NCBI GenBank assembly: GCA_045591115.1
Contig: JAZNSH010000017.1
Coordinates: 65,691-129,690, forward strand
Origin: Clostridia bacterium
GTDB lineage: Bacteria > Bacillota > Clostridia > Christensenellales > QALW01
Direction: 5' to 3'
DNA length: 64,000 nucleotides
Part shown: positions 46,801-55,483 of the stretch, piece after piece
Layout: each line of letters starts with the position of its first letter
Numbering within the stretch: position 1 is the first letter of the stretch
Notes under the pieces: model-generated
The model's input: the letters and a program-made list of their open reading frames with translations, nothing else
Database searches by the model: none
Told to the model about the DNA's origin: nothing
Position numbers and translations under genes: made by a program

Positions 46801-48768
46801 TTATGCGTTTACCAAAATGGCAGAGCAGAAGGGTTTAAGGGTGATAGAGCCATCGTGAATTTCATCGGTTAGGATGTCCCTCATTTTGCCCTCAAATTTA
46901 AGTGTTCCGCCAACACCTAAAATATCTGCAACCATAAGACCCTTATGATTTTCACCCTCACGGCGGACAACTACGATGCTTCCCGAAACCTCAAACTTAT
47001 CACCGTTGTTTTCAACAACTGCTTTTGAAATAATCCTTCTTAATTCCTTTTCCTCAGGAAGCGTGCCTAAAATTATTACCTTACCCTTGCCGATGGGAAT
47101 TTCAAGGGCGCAGGGTTTTCCGATCATTGAACTGTGTCCCTTTTTAATAGTAATAAGATTATTTTCGCCCATATCCTCAAAGATCTCAAAGGATTTGGTG
47201 CATTTAACCTCTTCACCTAATTCGTTTACGCAGGTAAATGAGCCGTTATCGGTGGGGGTGATGTAAAGCTGATATGCTTTTGTTAATTTTTCCAAGAATC
47301 CGTAGGGCGCGTGAATGTACTTTGTGCCGATCTTCGTTCTGATATCAGATAATGGACCTACTACCCAAGTTCCGCCGTTATTTACCCACTTGGTTATCTT
47401 TTCTTCAAAGTTGCCCTCTTCAAGAGTGTAGGCAAAGGGTGAGAAGATGACCTTATATTTTTCAATATCTGCACATAAGTCAATAACATCGGGATGAACA
47501 CCCTCTTTAAGCATTAAAGAATAGAAATCGTAAACGTCGTTTTCGTTTTCCTTTAATTGGGTGTTTATCTGTTGTGTTAGGTGAATGTTCCAGTTAAGGC
47601 TTTGGAACGTTAAAGCAACGTTGCTTTCAACCTTGGTGTTAAGGAGGAAATCTTCTGATTTTTTAAGATCCTCAGAAAGCTTAATAAGCTCATTCTTGGT
47701 GTGAGTGAAACGACCTGAAGAATCAAGAACAGCGCCGTGCATAAGCTCGTGACCTGCCCAGTGGGTGCGCCATAACCAATAAAGATTTGCTTCGCCGCCA
47801 AACATATAGGCTATCCAGGAATTTAAGTGAATAAAATTATCGTCAAAAACATACATACCTTGGCTTGTTGCACCGTTCCACGTTGCCTGAGTTTCCGTTA
47901 CCCAATATGGAATTTTTGAAAAATTGCGCATATAGTCAAGCCAGAAAGTCATTGTGGGCATATAGTCAGGCTGAGAATAGTGGTTGAACATTGCAACGTC
48001 AAGCTTCCCGTTAAGGTCGCGGTAGTTAAATGAGTTAAAGGGCATAGTGTCTGTTCCGATAGGCTTTTTTGAATATTTGCGGATAACTTCTGCCTGAGCG
48101 TGCACAAACTTAACGTGGTTATTTGCCTGCACCAACTGCCACTCAAGCTTTATGTGTGGGTTGTGCCAGCCATTTATGGGGAAGGGAATATCCTCAATTC
48201 TATCGTATTTTTGCGAGAAAAGGTTAAGGTTCCATTGCTTGTTAACTTCCTCAACGCTACCATATTTGTTTTTAAGCCAATTATGATAATTTGTTTTGCA
48301 ATGCTCACAAATACAGGGCTTGTTGGGATAAATTTCATTATCTATCTGCCAGCCGATTACGTTTTCATCTTTGCCGAATTCTTGCGCAAGCTTTTCAACG
48401 ATTCGTAATGATTCTCTTATATAATTGGGGTTTGATGAACAGCAATGCCTTCTTCCGCCGTGGCTTGTAACTGTGCCCGAAGGATTTATTACCGCCATAT
48501 CGGGGTACTTATTATAAAGCCAGTTGGGCGGTGTTGCACTGGGGGTACCCATAATTACGGAAATTCCGTTTTCATTTAACTTATCAACAACGTTGTGAAG
48601 CCAAGTAAAATCATAAACACCGTCTGCAGGCTCCATTTTTGCCCAAGAAAACTCGGCAATTCTTACAACGTTAAAGCCTACCTCTTTCATTTTTAAAATG
48701 TCATTATCAATTTCAGTTGCGTCCCAATCTTCGGGATAGTAATCAGAACCTAAATATAATTTGCTCAT
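46801..48768 (-). CDS. GH42 family beta-galactosidase
   Basis: 655 aa. YYPE.W, VRI.EF.W...EP..G.YDF.W and GWQIDNE (acid/base) are present, with a trimerisation-type middle domain. Confidence 0.9.
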   Translation of the reverse strand: MSKLYLGSDYYPEDWDATEIDNDILKMKEVGFNVVRIAEFSWAKMEPADGVYDFTWLHNVVDKLNENGISVIMGTPSATPPNWLYNKYPDMAVINPSGTVTSHGGRRHCCSSNPNYIRESLRIVEKLAQEFGKDENVIGWQIDNEIYPNKPCICEHCKTNYHNWLKNKYGSVEEVNKQWNLNLFSQKYDRIEDIPFPINGWHNPHIKLEWQLVQANNHVKFVHAQAEVIRKYSKKPIGTDTMPFNSFNYRDLNGKLDVAMFNHYSQPDYMPTMTFWLDYMRNFSKIPYWVTETQATWNGATSQGMYVFDDNFIHLNSWIAYMFGGEANLYWLWRTHWAGHELMHGAVLDSSGRFTHTKNELIKLSEDLKKSEDFLLNTKVESNVALTFQSLNWNIHLTQQINTQLKENENDVYDFYSLMLKEGVHPDVIDLCADIEKYKVIFSPFAYTLEEGNFEEKITKWVNNGGTWVVGPLSDIRTKIGTKYIHAPYGFLEKLTKAYQLYITPTDNGSFTCVNELGEEVKCTKSFEIFEDMGENNLITIKKGHSSMIGKPCALEIPIGKGKVIILGTLPEEKELRRIISKAVVENNGDKFEVSGSIVVVRREGENHKGLMVADILGVGGTLKFEGKMRDILTDEIHDGSITLKPFCSAILVNA

Positions 48769-48799
48769 AAAATTCTATTCTCCTTGAAGTTTTTTGTTT

Positions 48800-48828
48800 A
48801 TTCTATCACGGAAAAATGCCAGAGTCAA
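48800..48828 (-). promoter_or_regulatory. sigma-A-type promoter of GH42 gene
   Basis: TTGACT, 17-nt spacer, TAGAAT on the minus strand. Confidence 0.5.
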
Positions 48829-48961
48829 TAGTAAGATATTGACTTTGTTGAACTATATTGACAAAAAAGCACCGAAACCATAAATGACCGCATAATTAAA
48901 GACGGCGCGGATCTTTATGATGAAATCAGCAAGTTCCCTAAAAAAACTCTTTATTTTTATA

Positions 48962-49386
48962 ATCTGCCAACCGATAACGTTTTCATCCTTACCGAATTCC
49001 TGCGCAAGTTTTTCAACGATCCTTAATGATTCCCTTATATAGTTGGGGGTTGATGAACAGCAATGCCTTCTTTCGCCGTGGCTTGTAACTGTGCCCGAAG
49101 GATTTATTACCGCCATATCGGGGTACTTATTATAAAGCCAGTTGGGCGGTGTTACGCTGGGAGTTCCCAAAATTACGGAAATTCCCTTTGCCTTTAACTT
49201 ATCAACCACATTGTGAAGTCAAATAAAATCATAAACGCCATCAGCAGGTTCCATTTTTGCCCAGGCAAACTCGGCAATTCTTGCAACGTTGAAGCCGACT
49301 TCTTTCATTTTTAAGATATCTTTGTCAATTTCGCTTGCATCCCAATCTTCGAGATAGTAATCTGAACCTAAATAGAGCTTAGCCAT
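48962..49386 (-). pseudogene. truncated, stop-interrupted paralogue of the GH42 N-terminus
   Basis: It aligns colinearly with 48350-48768 (parent codons 1 to about 141). TGA replaces Trp56 at 49221-49219. Homology ends after GWQI, just before the catalytic DNE. Confidence 0.85.
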
Positions 49387-49451
49387 TGTATTTCTCCTTT
49401 GAATTTTTTAATATTGTAGCATAGGGAAATATAAAATGCGATAGTGAAAAT

Positions 49452-49484
49452 AAAAAAAGGTCCTCCGGAAATAACACGGAGGAC
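49452..49484 (-). terminator. intrinsic terminator of the candidate sRNA
   Basis: GTCCTCCG/CGGAGGAC hairpin followed by CTTTTTTTATTTT on the minus strand. Confidence 0.7.
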
Positions 49485-49918
49485 TAAATATAATAATTAC
49501 ATTTACAAATTCTATATGTTAAGTTTATTCAATTGTCTTGGGTTAAAACTAAATAGTACATTGGACTAATTTCCTTTTCTTAGATTTTCAAGTTTCTCAA
49601 TTTCGTCATAAGACCACATCCTTGAAAATTTACATTGTTACATTTTTTGTGCGCTTATGCGCTGATTCAGAACATTGGACCGTTTCCTTTCTTACAAGAT
49701 TTCGAGATAGAACCTTTTTTTCATGAAAAACCACGTCCTTTTACTTAATTAAAAGATGGTATCTCGTGTCAGCACATTGGACCAAATATCCTTTCTGAAA
49801 ATTTTATCGCTTCAGGCAAAGACTTGTTCTTTCCGCCTGCAAAGCTCATCAGCCACAGGTATTATTTAATTATCACTTCTTCTGTTGCCATTGGACTCAC
49901 GTCTTTCTTTCTTTTTTC
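49452..49918 (-). ncRNA. candidate ~470-nt non-coding RNA with four SD+AUG-like repeat modules
   Basis: It is bracketed by a consensus promoter and a terminator. The conserved block GAAAGGA-N-GTCCAATG recurs four times, with ATGs at 49891, 49777, 49675 and 49561. There is no conserved ORF. Confidence 0.4.
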
Positions 49919-49924
49919 ACCTTT

Positions 49925-49953
49925 ATTATAACAAAGGTAAAAGCCAATGTCAA
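49925..49953 (-). promoter_or_regulatory. consensus sigma-A promoter of the candidate sRNA
   Basis: TTGACA, 17-nt spacer, TATAAT on the minus strand. Confidence 0.65.
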
Positions 49954-50045
49954 TACCCTATTTATAAAAAATTCATAATTTTTACGATATTTTTTAATTT
50001 TTGAACCATTTTTATGAAACTTGTGTGATAATTTATATAAACCTA

Positions 50046-50074
50046 TTGACAAAAGTTATAAAAAGCGATACAAT
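50046..50074 (+). promoter_or_regulatory. sigma-A-type promoter of the RHH-clpB operon
   Basis: TTGACA, 17-nt spacer, TACAAT. Confidence 0.6.
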
Positions 50075-50099
50075 TTAGCCGTAAAAAGGAGAGAAAAGT

Positions 50100-50738
50100 A
50101 TGAGCAAAAGTTTATATAGTGTAATTCTTACAGATGAAATAGTGTATGAAATTGATCGCCTTGCGTTAAGGCAGAACACCAACAGATCCAATTTAATCAA
50201 TCAGATTTTGGCGGAATACGTGTCCTACGTTACGCCCGAAATGAAAATAAACAGTATTTTCAAGACTATTGAGGCACTTATAAACGAAAGCACTCATTTA
50301 GTGCCTGAGGTTCTTCCCCAAAGAAGCACAATGAGCTTAAGGGGCAATCTTGATTACCGCTATCGGCCAACCGTTAAATATGACGTTGAGCTTTTTAAAA
50401 CTGTTGAGGATTCCACCATCGGCAGACTCAGCGTAGTTTTCCGCACACAATCGGAAATTCTGTTAAATAGAATGAATGAGTTTTTTAAGCTTTGGTGCTA
50501 TCTTGAAAGCAATGTTTTCAAAAAGGATATTACTTATTCCTTATCTGACGGCAGATTTGTGCGCAGTATAACCCTTAACACAAACAAGAGCTACACCCCA
50601 AAGGAAATTGCCGATGCAATATCATCTTATATAAAGTTGTTTGACGACTGTATGAAAAATTATCTTTCCGGTAAATACACCGAAAACGATATTTTACTGA
50701 AACTTAAATCACACACCGTAAAGGAGGTTTTAATATGA
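50100..50738 (+). CDS. hypothetical protein with N-terminal ribbon-helix-helix (CopG/Arc-like) motif
   Basis: [18 protein letters not shown]....[14 protein letters not shown] fits a beta-strand/helix/helix RHH pattern. The remaining roughly 165 aa were not recognised. There is an ATGA overlap with clpB. Confidence 0.65.
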   Translation: MSKSLYSVILTDEIVYEIDRLALRQNTNRSNLINQILAEYVSYVTPEMKINSIFKTIEALINESTHLVPEVLPQRSTMSLRGNLDYRYRPTVKYDVELFKTVEDSTIGRLSVVFRTQSEILLNRMNEFFKLWCYLESNVFKKDITYSLSDGRFVRSITLNTNKSYTPKEIADAISSYIKLFDDCMKNYLSGKYTENDILLKLKSHTVKEVLI

Positions 50739-53308
50739 CAGATAAAATTACTAAAAAAACAATGGAGGCATTTCAGGAGGCACAGCGCATAGCCGAGGAA
50801 TACGGCAACGCACAGCTTCAGCCCGAACATCTTTTTTATGCGCTTCTTTCAGATACCGAAGGGCTTATACCAAGCATTTTAGCTAAAATGAACGTGGAGG
50901 CTGACGGACTTAAAAGCGCCATCAATAACTATCTTTCATCCTTGCCGCGAGTTTCGGGCAATCAAAAGGTTTATGTTTCAGGTGAAACGGAAAAGATCCT
51001 TAATAATGCCGAAAAGGAAATGAAGAAAAAAGGCGATGAATATCTTTCTGTTGAGCATATCGCTTACGCTGTAATCGCTTCGCCCACAGATAAATTAAAG
51101 GAGCTTTTCAAGGTATATAACTTAACCTTAAAGGCATTTGCAAGTGAGCTTGAAAAGATAAAGGCAGGCAAAAAGGTTACAAGCGATACTCCCGAAAACA
51201 CCTACGAAGCACTTTTAAAGTACGGCACCGATCTTGTTGAAAGGGCAAAGGAGGGCAAGCTTGATCCCGTTATCGGCAGAGATACGGAGATAAGAAATGT
51301 TATCCGTATTCTTTCAAGAAAGACCAAAAACAATCCGGTGCTTATCGGTGAACCGGGCGTTGGTAAAACTGCCATTGCAGAAGGTCTTGCACAAAGAATC
51401 GTTCGCGGTGACGTGCCTGAAGGCTTAAAGGAGAAAACAGTTTTTTCTCTTGATATGGGTTCCTTGATCGCAGGAGCAAAATTCCGCGGTGAGTTTGAGG
51501 AAAGGTTAAAGGCGGTACTAACGGAGATAAAAGAATCCGATGGCAGAATAATTCTCTTTATTGATGAGCTTCACACCATTGTTGGTGCAGGCAAAACCGA
51601 TGGCGCAATGGATGCGGGAAACTTATTGAAGCCTATGCTTGCCCGCGGTGAATTACACTGCATCGGTGCAACCACGTTAGATGAATACCGCAAATATATT
51701 GAAAAGGATGCGGCGCTGGAAAGACGTTTTCAGCCTGTGCTTGTTGATGAGCCTGACGTTGAGGATACCATTTCCATCCTCCGAGGGTTAAAGGAAAAGT
51801 ATGAGGTATTCCACGGGGTAAGAATTCACGATAACGCTTTAATCGCGGCGGCAACCTTATCTAACCGCTATATTACTGACCGCTTTTTGCCGGATAAAGC
51901 CATTGATCTTGTTGACGAGGCTTGCGCGCTTATCCGCACCGAGATCGATTCAATGCCTGCCGAGCTTGATGATATGCGCAGAAAGATTATGCAGCTTGAA
52001 ATTGAAGAGATGGCTCTTTCTAAGGAAACCGATACTCTTTCCAAGGAACGCCTTGAAAAGCTCAAGGAGGAATTAAGCGAGGAAAAGGAGAAGTTCAATG
52101 CACTGAAAGCCAAATGGGATAAGGATAAAAATGAGATCGAATCGGTTAAGACCATTAAGGCTGAAATAGATAAGACTAATCTTGAAATCGAAAATGCACA
52201 GCGCGTTTATGATTATGAAAAGGTTGCAAAGCTCAAATACTCATATCTTCCCGAGCTTGAAAACAAGCTTAAGGCGGCTGAGGAAAAGACCAAGGCGGCA
52301 AGCCTTGTAAGAGATACGGTAACCGATGAAGAGATTGCAGGCATCGTTGCAAAGTGGACGGGAATCCCCGTGCAAAAGCTTGTTGAGGGCGAGAGGGAAA
52401 AGATCCTTAATCTTGAAAAGATACTTCATAAGCGTGTTATCGGTCAGAATGAAGCGGTAACCAAGGTTTCGGAGGCAATTCTTCGCTCCCGTGCAGGAAT
52501 TTCAGATCCTAACCGCCCAATAGGCTCTTTTATGTTCTTAGGACCTACGGGTGTTGGTAAAACCGAGCTTGCAAAGGCTCTTGCACAGAATCTTTTCGAT
52601 GATGAAAAGAATATGGTAAGAATAGATATGAGTGAGTATATGGAGAAATTCTCCGTTTCACGGCTTATCGGAGCCCCTCCCGGATACGTTGGTTATGATG
52701 AGGGCGGTCAGCTTACCGAGGCAGTAAGGCGCAAGCCTTATTCGGTGGTGCTTTTTGATGAGATCGAAAAGGCACACCCCGACGTTTTCAATATTTTACT
52801 GCAGGTGTTGGATGACGGCAGAATTACCGATTCCCAGGGAAGATTGGTTGATTTTAAGAATACGGTTATTATTTTAACAAGTAACTTAGGCTCACAGTAT
52901 CTTTTAGAGGGAATAAACGAGGATGGCGAAATTTCTAAGAGTGCAAGAAATCAGGTTGAAGCACTGTTGAAGCAAAGCTTCCGCCCCGAATTTTTGAACC
53001 GTCTTGATGAAATAGTTTTCTATAAGCCTTTAAATAAAGAGGATATTAAGGGAATTATTGATATTTTGATTGAAAACCTCAAAAAGCGCCTCAGCGAAAG
53101 AAGCCTTAATCTGTTTGTTACCGACAGAGCAAAGGATTTTATTATAGAAAAGGGCTTTGATGCAGTGTACGGTGCCCGTCCCTTAAAGAGATATATTCAG
53201 AGCCGTGTTGAAACGCTGATAGCAAAAACTATTCTGGAAAAGGATCTTGAGCTTTTCGCTACGCTGACCGTTGATTCCGATGGTGAAAGCATCTTTATAA
53301 CGGTGTAA
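50735..53308 (+). CDS. clpB: ATP-dependent chaperone ClpB
   Basis: 857 aa. It has a Clp_N domain, two AAA+ modules (GEPGVGKT and GPTGVGKT) and a long middle coiled coil. Confidence 0.95.
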   Translation: MTDKITKKTMEAFQEAQRIAEEYGNAQLQPEHLFYALLSDTEGLIPSILAKMNVEADGLKSAINNYLSSLPRVSGNQKVYVSGETEKILNNAEKEMKKKGDEYLSVEHIAYAVIASPTDKLKELFKVYNLTLKAFASELEKIKAGKKVTSDTPENTYEALLKYGTDLVERAKEGKLDPVIGRDTEIRNVIRILSRKTKNNPVLIGEPGVGKTAIAEGLAQRIVRGDVPEGLKEKTVFSLDMGSLIAGAKFRGEFEERLKAVLTEIKESDGRIILFIDELHTIVGAGKTDGAMDAGNLLKPMLARGELHCIGATTLDEYRKYIEKDAALERRFQPVLVDEPDVEDTISILRGLKEKYEVFHGVRIHDNALIAAATLSNRYITDRFLPDKAIDLVDEACALIRTEIDSMPAELDDMRRKIMQLEIEEMALSKETDTLSKERLEKLKEELSEEKEKFNALKAKWDKDKNEIESVKTIKAEIDKTNLEIENAQRVYDYEKVAKLKYSYLPELENKLKAAEEKTKAASLVRDTVTDEEIAGIVAKWTGIPVQKLVEGEREKILNLEKILHKRVIGQNEAVTKVSEAILRSRAGISDPNRPIGSFMFLGPTGVGKTELAKALAQNLFDDEKNMVRIDMSEYMEKFSVSRLIGAPPGYVGYDEGGQLTEAVRRKPYSVVLFDEIEKAHPDVFNILLQVLDDGRITDSQGRLVDFKNTVIILTSNLGSQYLLEGINEDGEISKSARNQVEALLKQSFRPEFLNRLDEIVFYKPLNKEDIKGIIDILIENLKKRLSERSLNLFVTDRAKDFIIEKGFDAVYGARPLKRYIQSRVETLIAKTILEKDLELFATLTVDSDGESIFITV

Positions 53309-53377
53309 AACTCTACTAAATGGTGTAATTTTTGTACATTTTCGGAAAAAAATGTGAAAAAATTTTGAAAAATGCTA

Positions 53378-53406
53378 TTGACAAAGGGGCTTTGCAAGAG
53401 TATAAT
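53378..53406 (+). promoter_or_regulatory. sigma-A promoter
   Basis: TTGACA, 17-nt spacer, TATAAT. Confidence 0.6.
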
Positions 53407-53470
53407 GTAACTGTATAAAACAAAAAAGCAGGTTTTATGCGAAAAAAAGTAACAAAAGGAGAAAAATGTT

Positions 53471-53695
53471 ATGAAAAAGTTTATTGCTATTGCTTTGATT
53501 CTCGTTACAGTTCTTGCATTATTTACAGCTTGCGGCAGCAAGTACACTTGCGATATCTGCGGTCAGGAAAAGACCAGCGGAAAGAACGAAACTACAGTTG
53601 ATGGCGAGACACTTGTTTATTGCAGCGATGCTGAGTGCAAAGAAGCAGTCGATACAATTAAAGCTCTTGCTGAATTAGCAGAAGCATTTGGCTAA
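53471..53695 (+). CDS. small Cys-containing lipoprotein (74 aa)
   Basis: The lipobox is FTAC. CDICG...C..AEC is a zinc-ribbon-like motif. Confidence 0.65.
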   Translation: MKKFIAIALILVTVLALFTACGSKYTCDICGQEKTSGKNETTVDGETLVYCSDAECKEAVDTIKALAELAEAFG

Positions 53696-53711
53696 AAGAT
53701 AGCTGAAGCAT

Positions 53712-53743
53712 AAAAAACCTCTGTTTAAAGCAGAGGTTTTTTT
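53712..53743 (+). terminator. intrinsic terminator
   Basis: CCTCTG/CAGAGG hairpin with A6 upstream and T7 downstream. Confidence 0.75.
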
Positions 53744-53788
53744 ATCGAAAAAAGTAAAGCACTTTTAGCCTATAAAAGAGAAAAATTC

Positions 53789-53817
53789 TTGACTAATCGG
53801 CAAAAAAGTAGTACTAT
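53789..53817 (+). promoter_or_regulatory. candidate promoter of the mgtE leader
   Basis: TTGACT, 17-nt spacer, TACTAT. Confidence 0.5.
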
Positions 53818-53857
53818 ATAAGAGTATTTAAAAAATACTAAAAAATCAGAGAGGTGA

Positions 53858-53929
53858 ATGATGATGGACGACGGAAGTAGTTGCGCGCTATTCATTATAA
53901 ATATGTTCTCCGTCATCTTTGCTTTTTGA
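53858..53929 (+). CDS. candidate 23-codon hydrophobic leader/small peptide ORF upstream of mgtE
   Basis: GAGAGGTGA RBS, then ATGATGATG. The peptide is MMMDDGSSCALFIINMFSVIFAF. Confidence 0.3.
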   Translation: MMMDDGSSCALFIINMFSVIFAF

Positions 53930-53960
53930 TGGGTGAATTTTATTTATAATTGCAAAATAG

Positions 53961-54015
53961 CGTCTATGTGTTAATATGTGCAAATATGCATAAGTTAGCA
54001 GATAGACGTTTTTTT
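53961..54015 (+). terminator. terminator-like hairpin plus T7 inside the mgtE 5' leader
   Basis: CGTCTAT...ATAGACG stem with a roughly 34-nt loop, followed by TTTTTTT, 50 nt upstream of the mgtE ATG. Confidence 0.5.
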
Positions 54016-54064
54016 GTTTGAATAGCGTATCTTCCAAACTCAATCAAAAAGGAGGTACGAAAAA

Positions 54065-55426
54065 ATGGAGAACAGAGATATTTTTATTGAAAATATCACG
54101 GAGCTTTTAGAGAAAAAGGATTTTAAGGGCATAGCCCGTGCGCTTTCCGAGCTTCAACCGGTGGATATTGCTGAAAGCGCTGTAATGTTTTCGCTAAAGG
54201 AGAGGGCAATATTATTCAGGCTATTGCCCAAGGATCTGGCGGCAGAAGTATTTGTTGAGCTTGACAGCGAAATGCAGGAGGAGCTTATTTCAGGCTTTAC
54301 CGATAACGAGCTTCACGGCGTTTTAAATGAGCTTTTTGTTGATGATACCGTTGATATCATTGAGGAAATGCCCGCAAGCGTGGTAAGGCGAATTATTAAG
54401 AACTGTCCTGCTGATATGAGGAACGATATAAACAGTATTCTTGCCTTTGATAAGAATACCGCAGGCAGTATTATGACGCCTGAATATATTGCATTAAAGC
54501 CTGATATGACGGTTAAGGATGCAATAAAGCATATTCGTGAGCAATCACTTGATTCGGAAACGGTGTACACCCTTTATGTTAAGGATAATAAGCGCACTCT
54601 GTTGGGCGTTGTAAGCGTAAGAGAGCTTTTCCTTGCCTCAGATGATGAGGTGATCAAAAACATAATGAACGAAAACGTTATTTACGTTGAAACCTTATCT
54701 GACCGTGAAGAAGCGGCAAAGCTCCTTGATAAATACGATTTTCTTGCATTGCCCGTAACCGATAAGGAAAAGCGTCTTGTGGGAATCATTACCGTTGACG
54801 ATGCTATTGACGTTTTGCAAGAAGAATTTACCGAAGATATCTCCAAAATGGCGGCAGTTATGCCCATTGAGGAAACTTATTTCAAAACGAGCGTTTTTAA
54901 GCACTCCCTTTCAAGAATTTTGTGGCTTATTGTTTTGATGGTTTCTGCCACCGTAACGGGATTTATAATTACCCACTATGAGGAAACCTTTCAAGCGGTG
55001 CCACTCTTAATTGCTTGCTTGCCTATGCTTATGGGCACCGGCGGTAACTGCGGATCTCAGGCTTCAACGATGATAATCCGCGGTCTTGCCACAGATGAGC
55101 TTCATTTAAGGGATATCTTTAAAGTTTGGTGGAAGGAAGTTCGCATTTCACTTATTGTGGGTGTTGTGCTGGCGGCAGTTAACACCGCGCGGGTATTTCT
55201 TCTCTATGGCGTAACGGGGGAGATAATTTCCCTTGCAATTACAAATGCACTTGCACTTTTGTTTACCGTAACTCTTGCACAGAGCTTGGGATGCTTGCTT
55301 CCGATGGGTGCAAAGGCAGTAAAATTGGATCCTGCCATTATGGCGGCGCCTCTTATCACCACCATTGTTGATGCATTAAGCGTTATGGTATTCTTTATGG
55401 TTGCCGTGTGGGTTTTTGCAATGTAG
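54065..55426 (+). CDS. mgtE: magnesium transporter MgtE
   Basis: It has an MgtE_N domain, two CBS domains and a TM domain with the GTGGNCGSQ motif. Confidence 0.93.
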   Translation: MENRDIFIENITELLEKKDFKGIARALSELQPVDIAESAVMFSLKERAILFRLLPKDLAAEVFVELDSEMQEELISGFTDNELHGVLNELFVDDTVDIIEEMPASVVRRIIKNCPADMRNDINSILAFDKNTAGSIMTPEYIALKPDMTVKDAIKHIREQSLDSETVYTLYVKDNKRTLLGVVSVRELFLASDDEVIKNIMNENVIYVETLSDREEAAKLLDKYDFLALPVTDKEKRLVGIITVDDAIDVLQEEFTEDISKMAAVMPIEETYFKTSVFKHSLSRILWLIVLMVSATVTGFIITHYEETFQAVPLLIACLPMLMGTGGNCGSQASTMIIRGLATDELHLRDIFKVWWKEVRISLIVGVVLAAVNTARVFLLYGVTGEIISLAITNALALLFTVTLAQSLGCLLPMGAKAVKLDPAIMAAPLITTIVDALSVMVFFMVAVWVFAM

Positions 55427-55483
55427 CATTTTTAATAAAAAACTGAATAAGTTTAAATATCGATTTTTAAGGAGATAATATTT

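Noticed and set aside
53696-54064. Expected M-box riboswitch upstream of mgtE
   Set aside because: The conserved M-box segments were not found by eye. This was recorded as a finding instead, and an Infernal scan is needed for confirmation.
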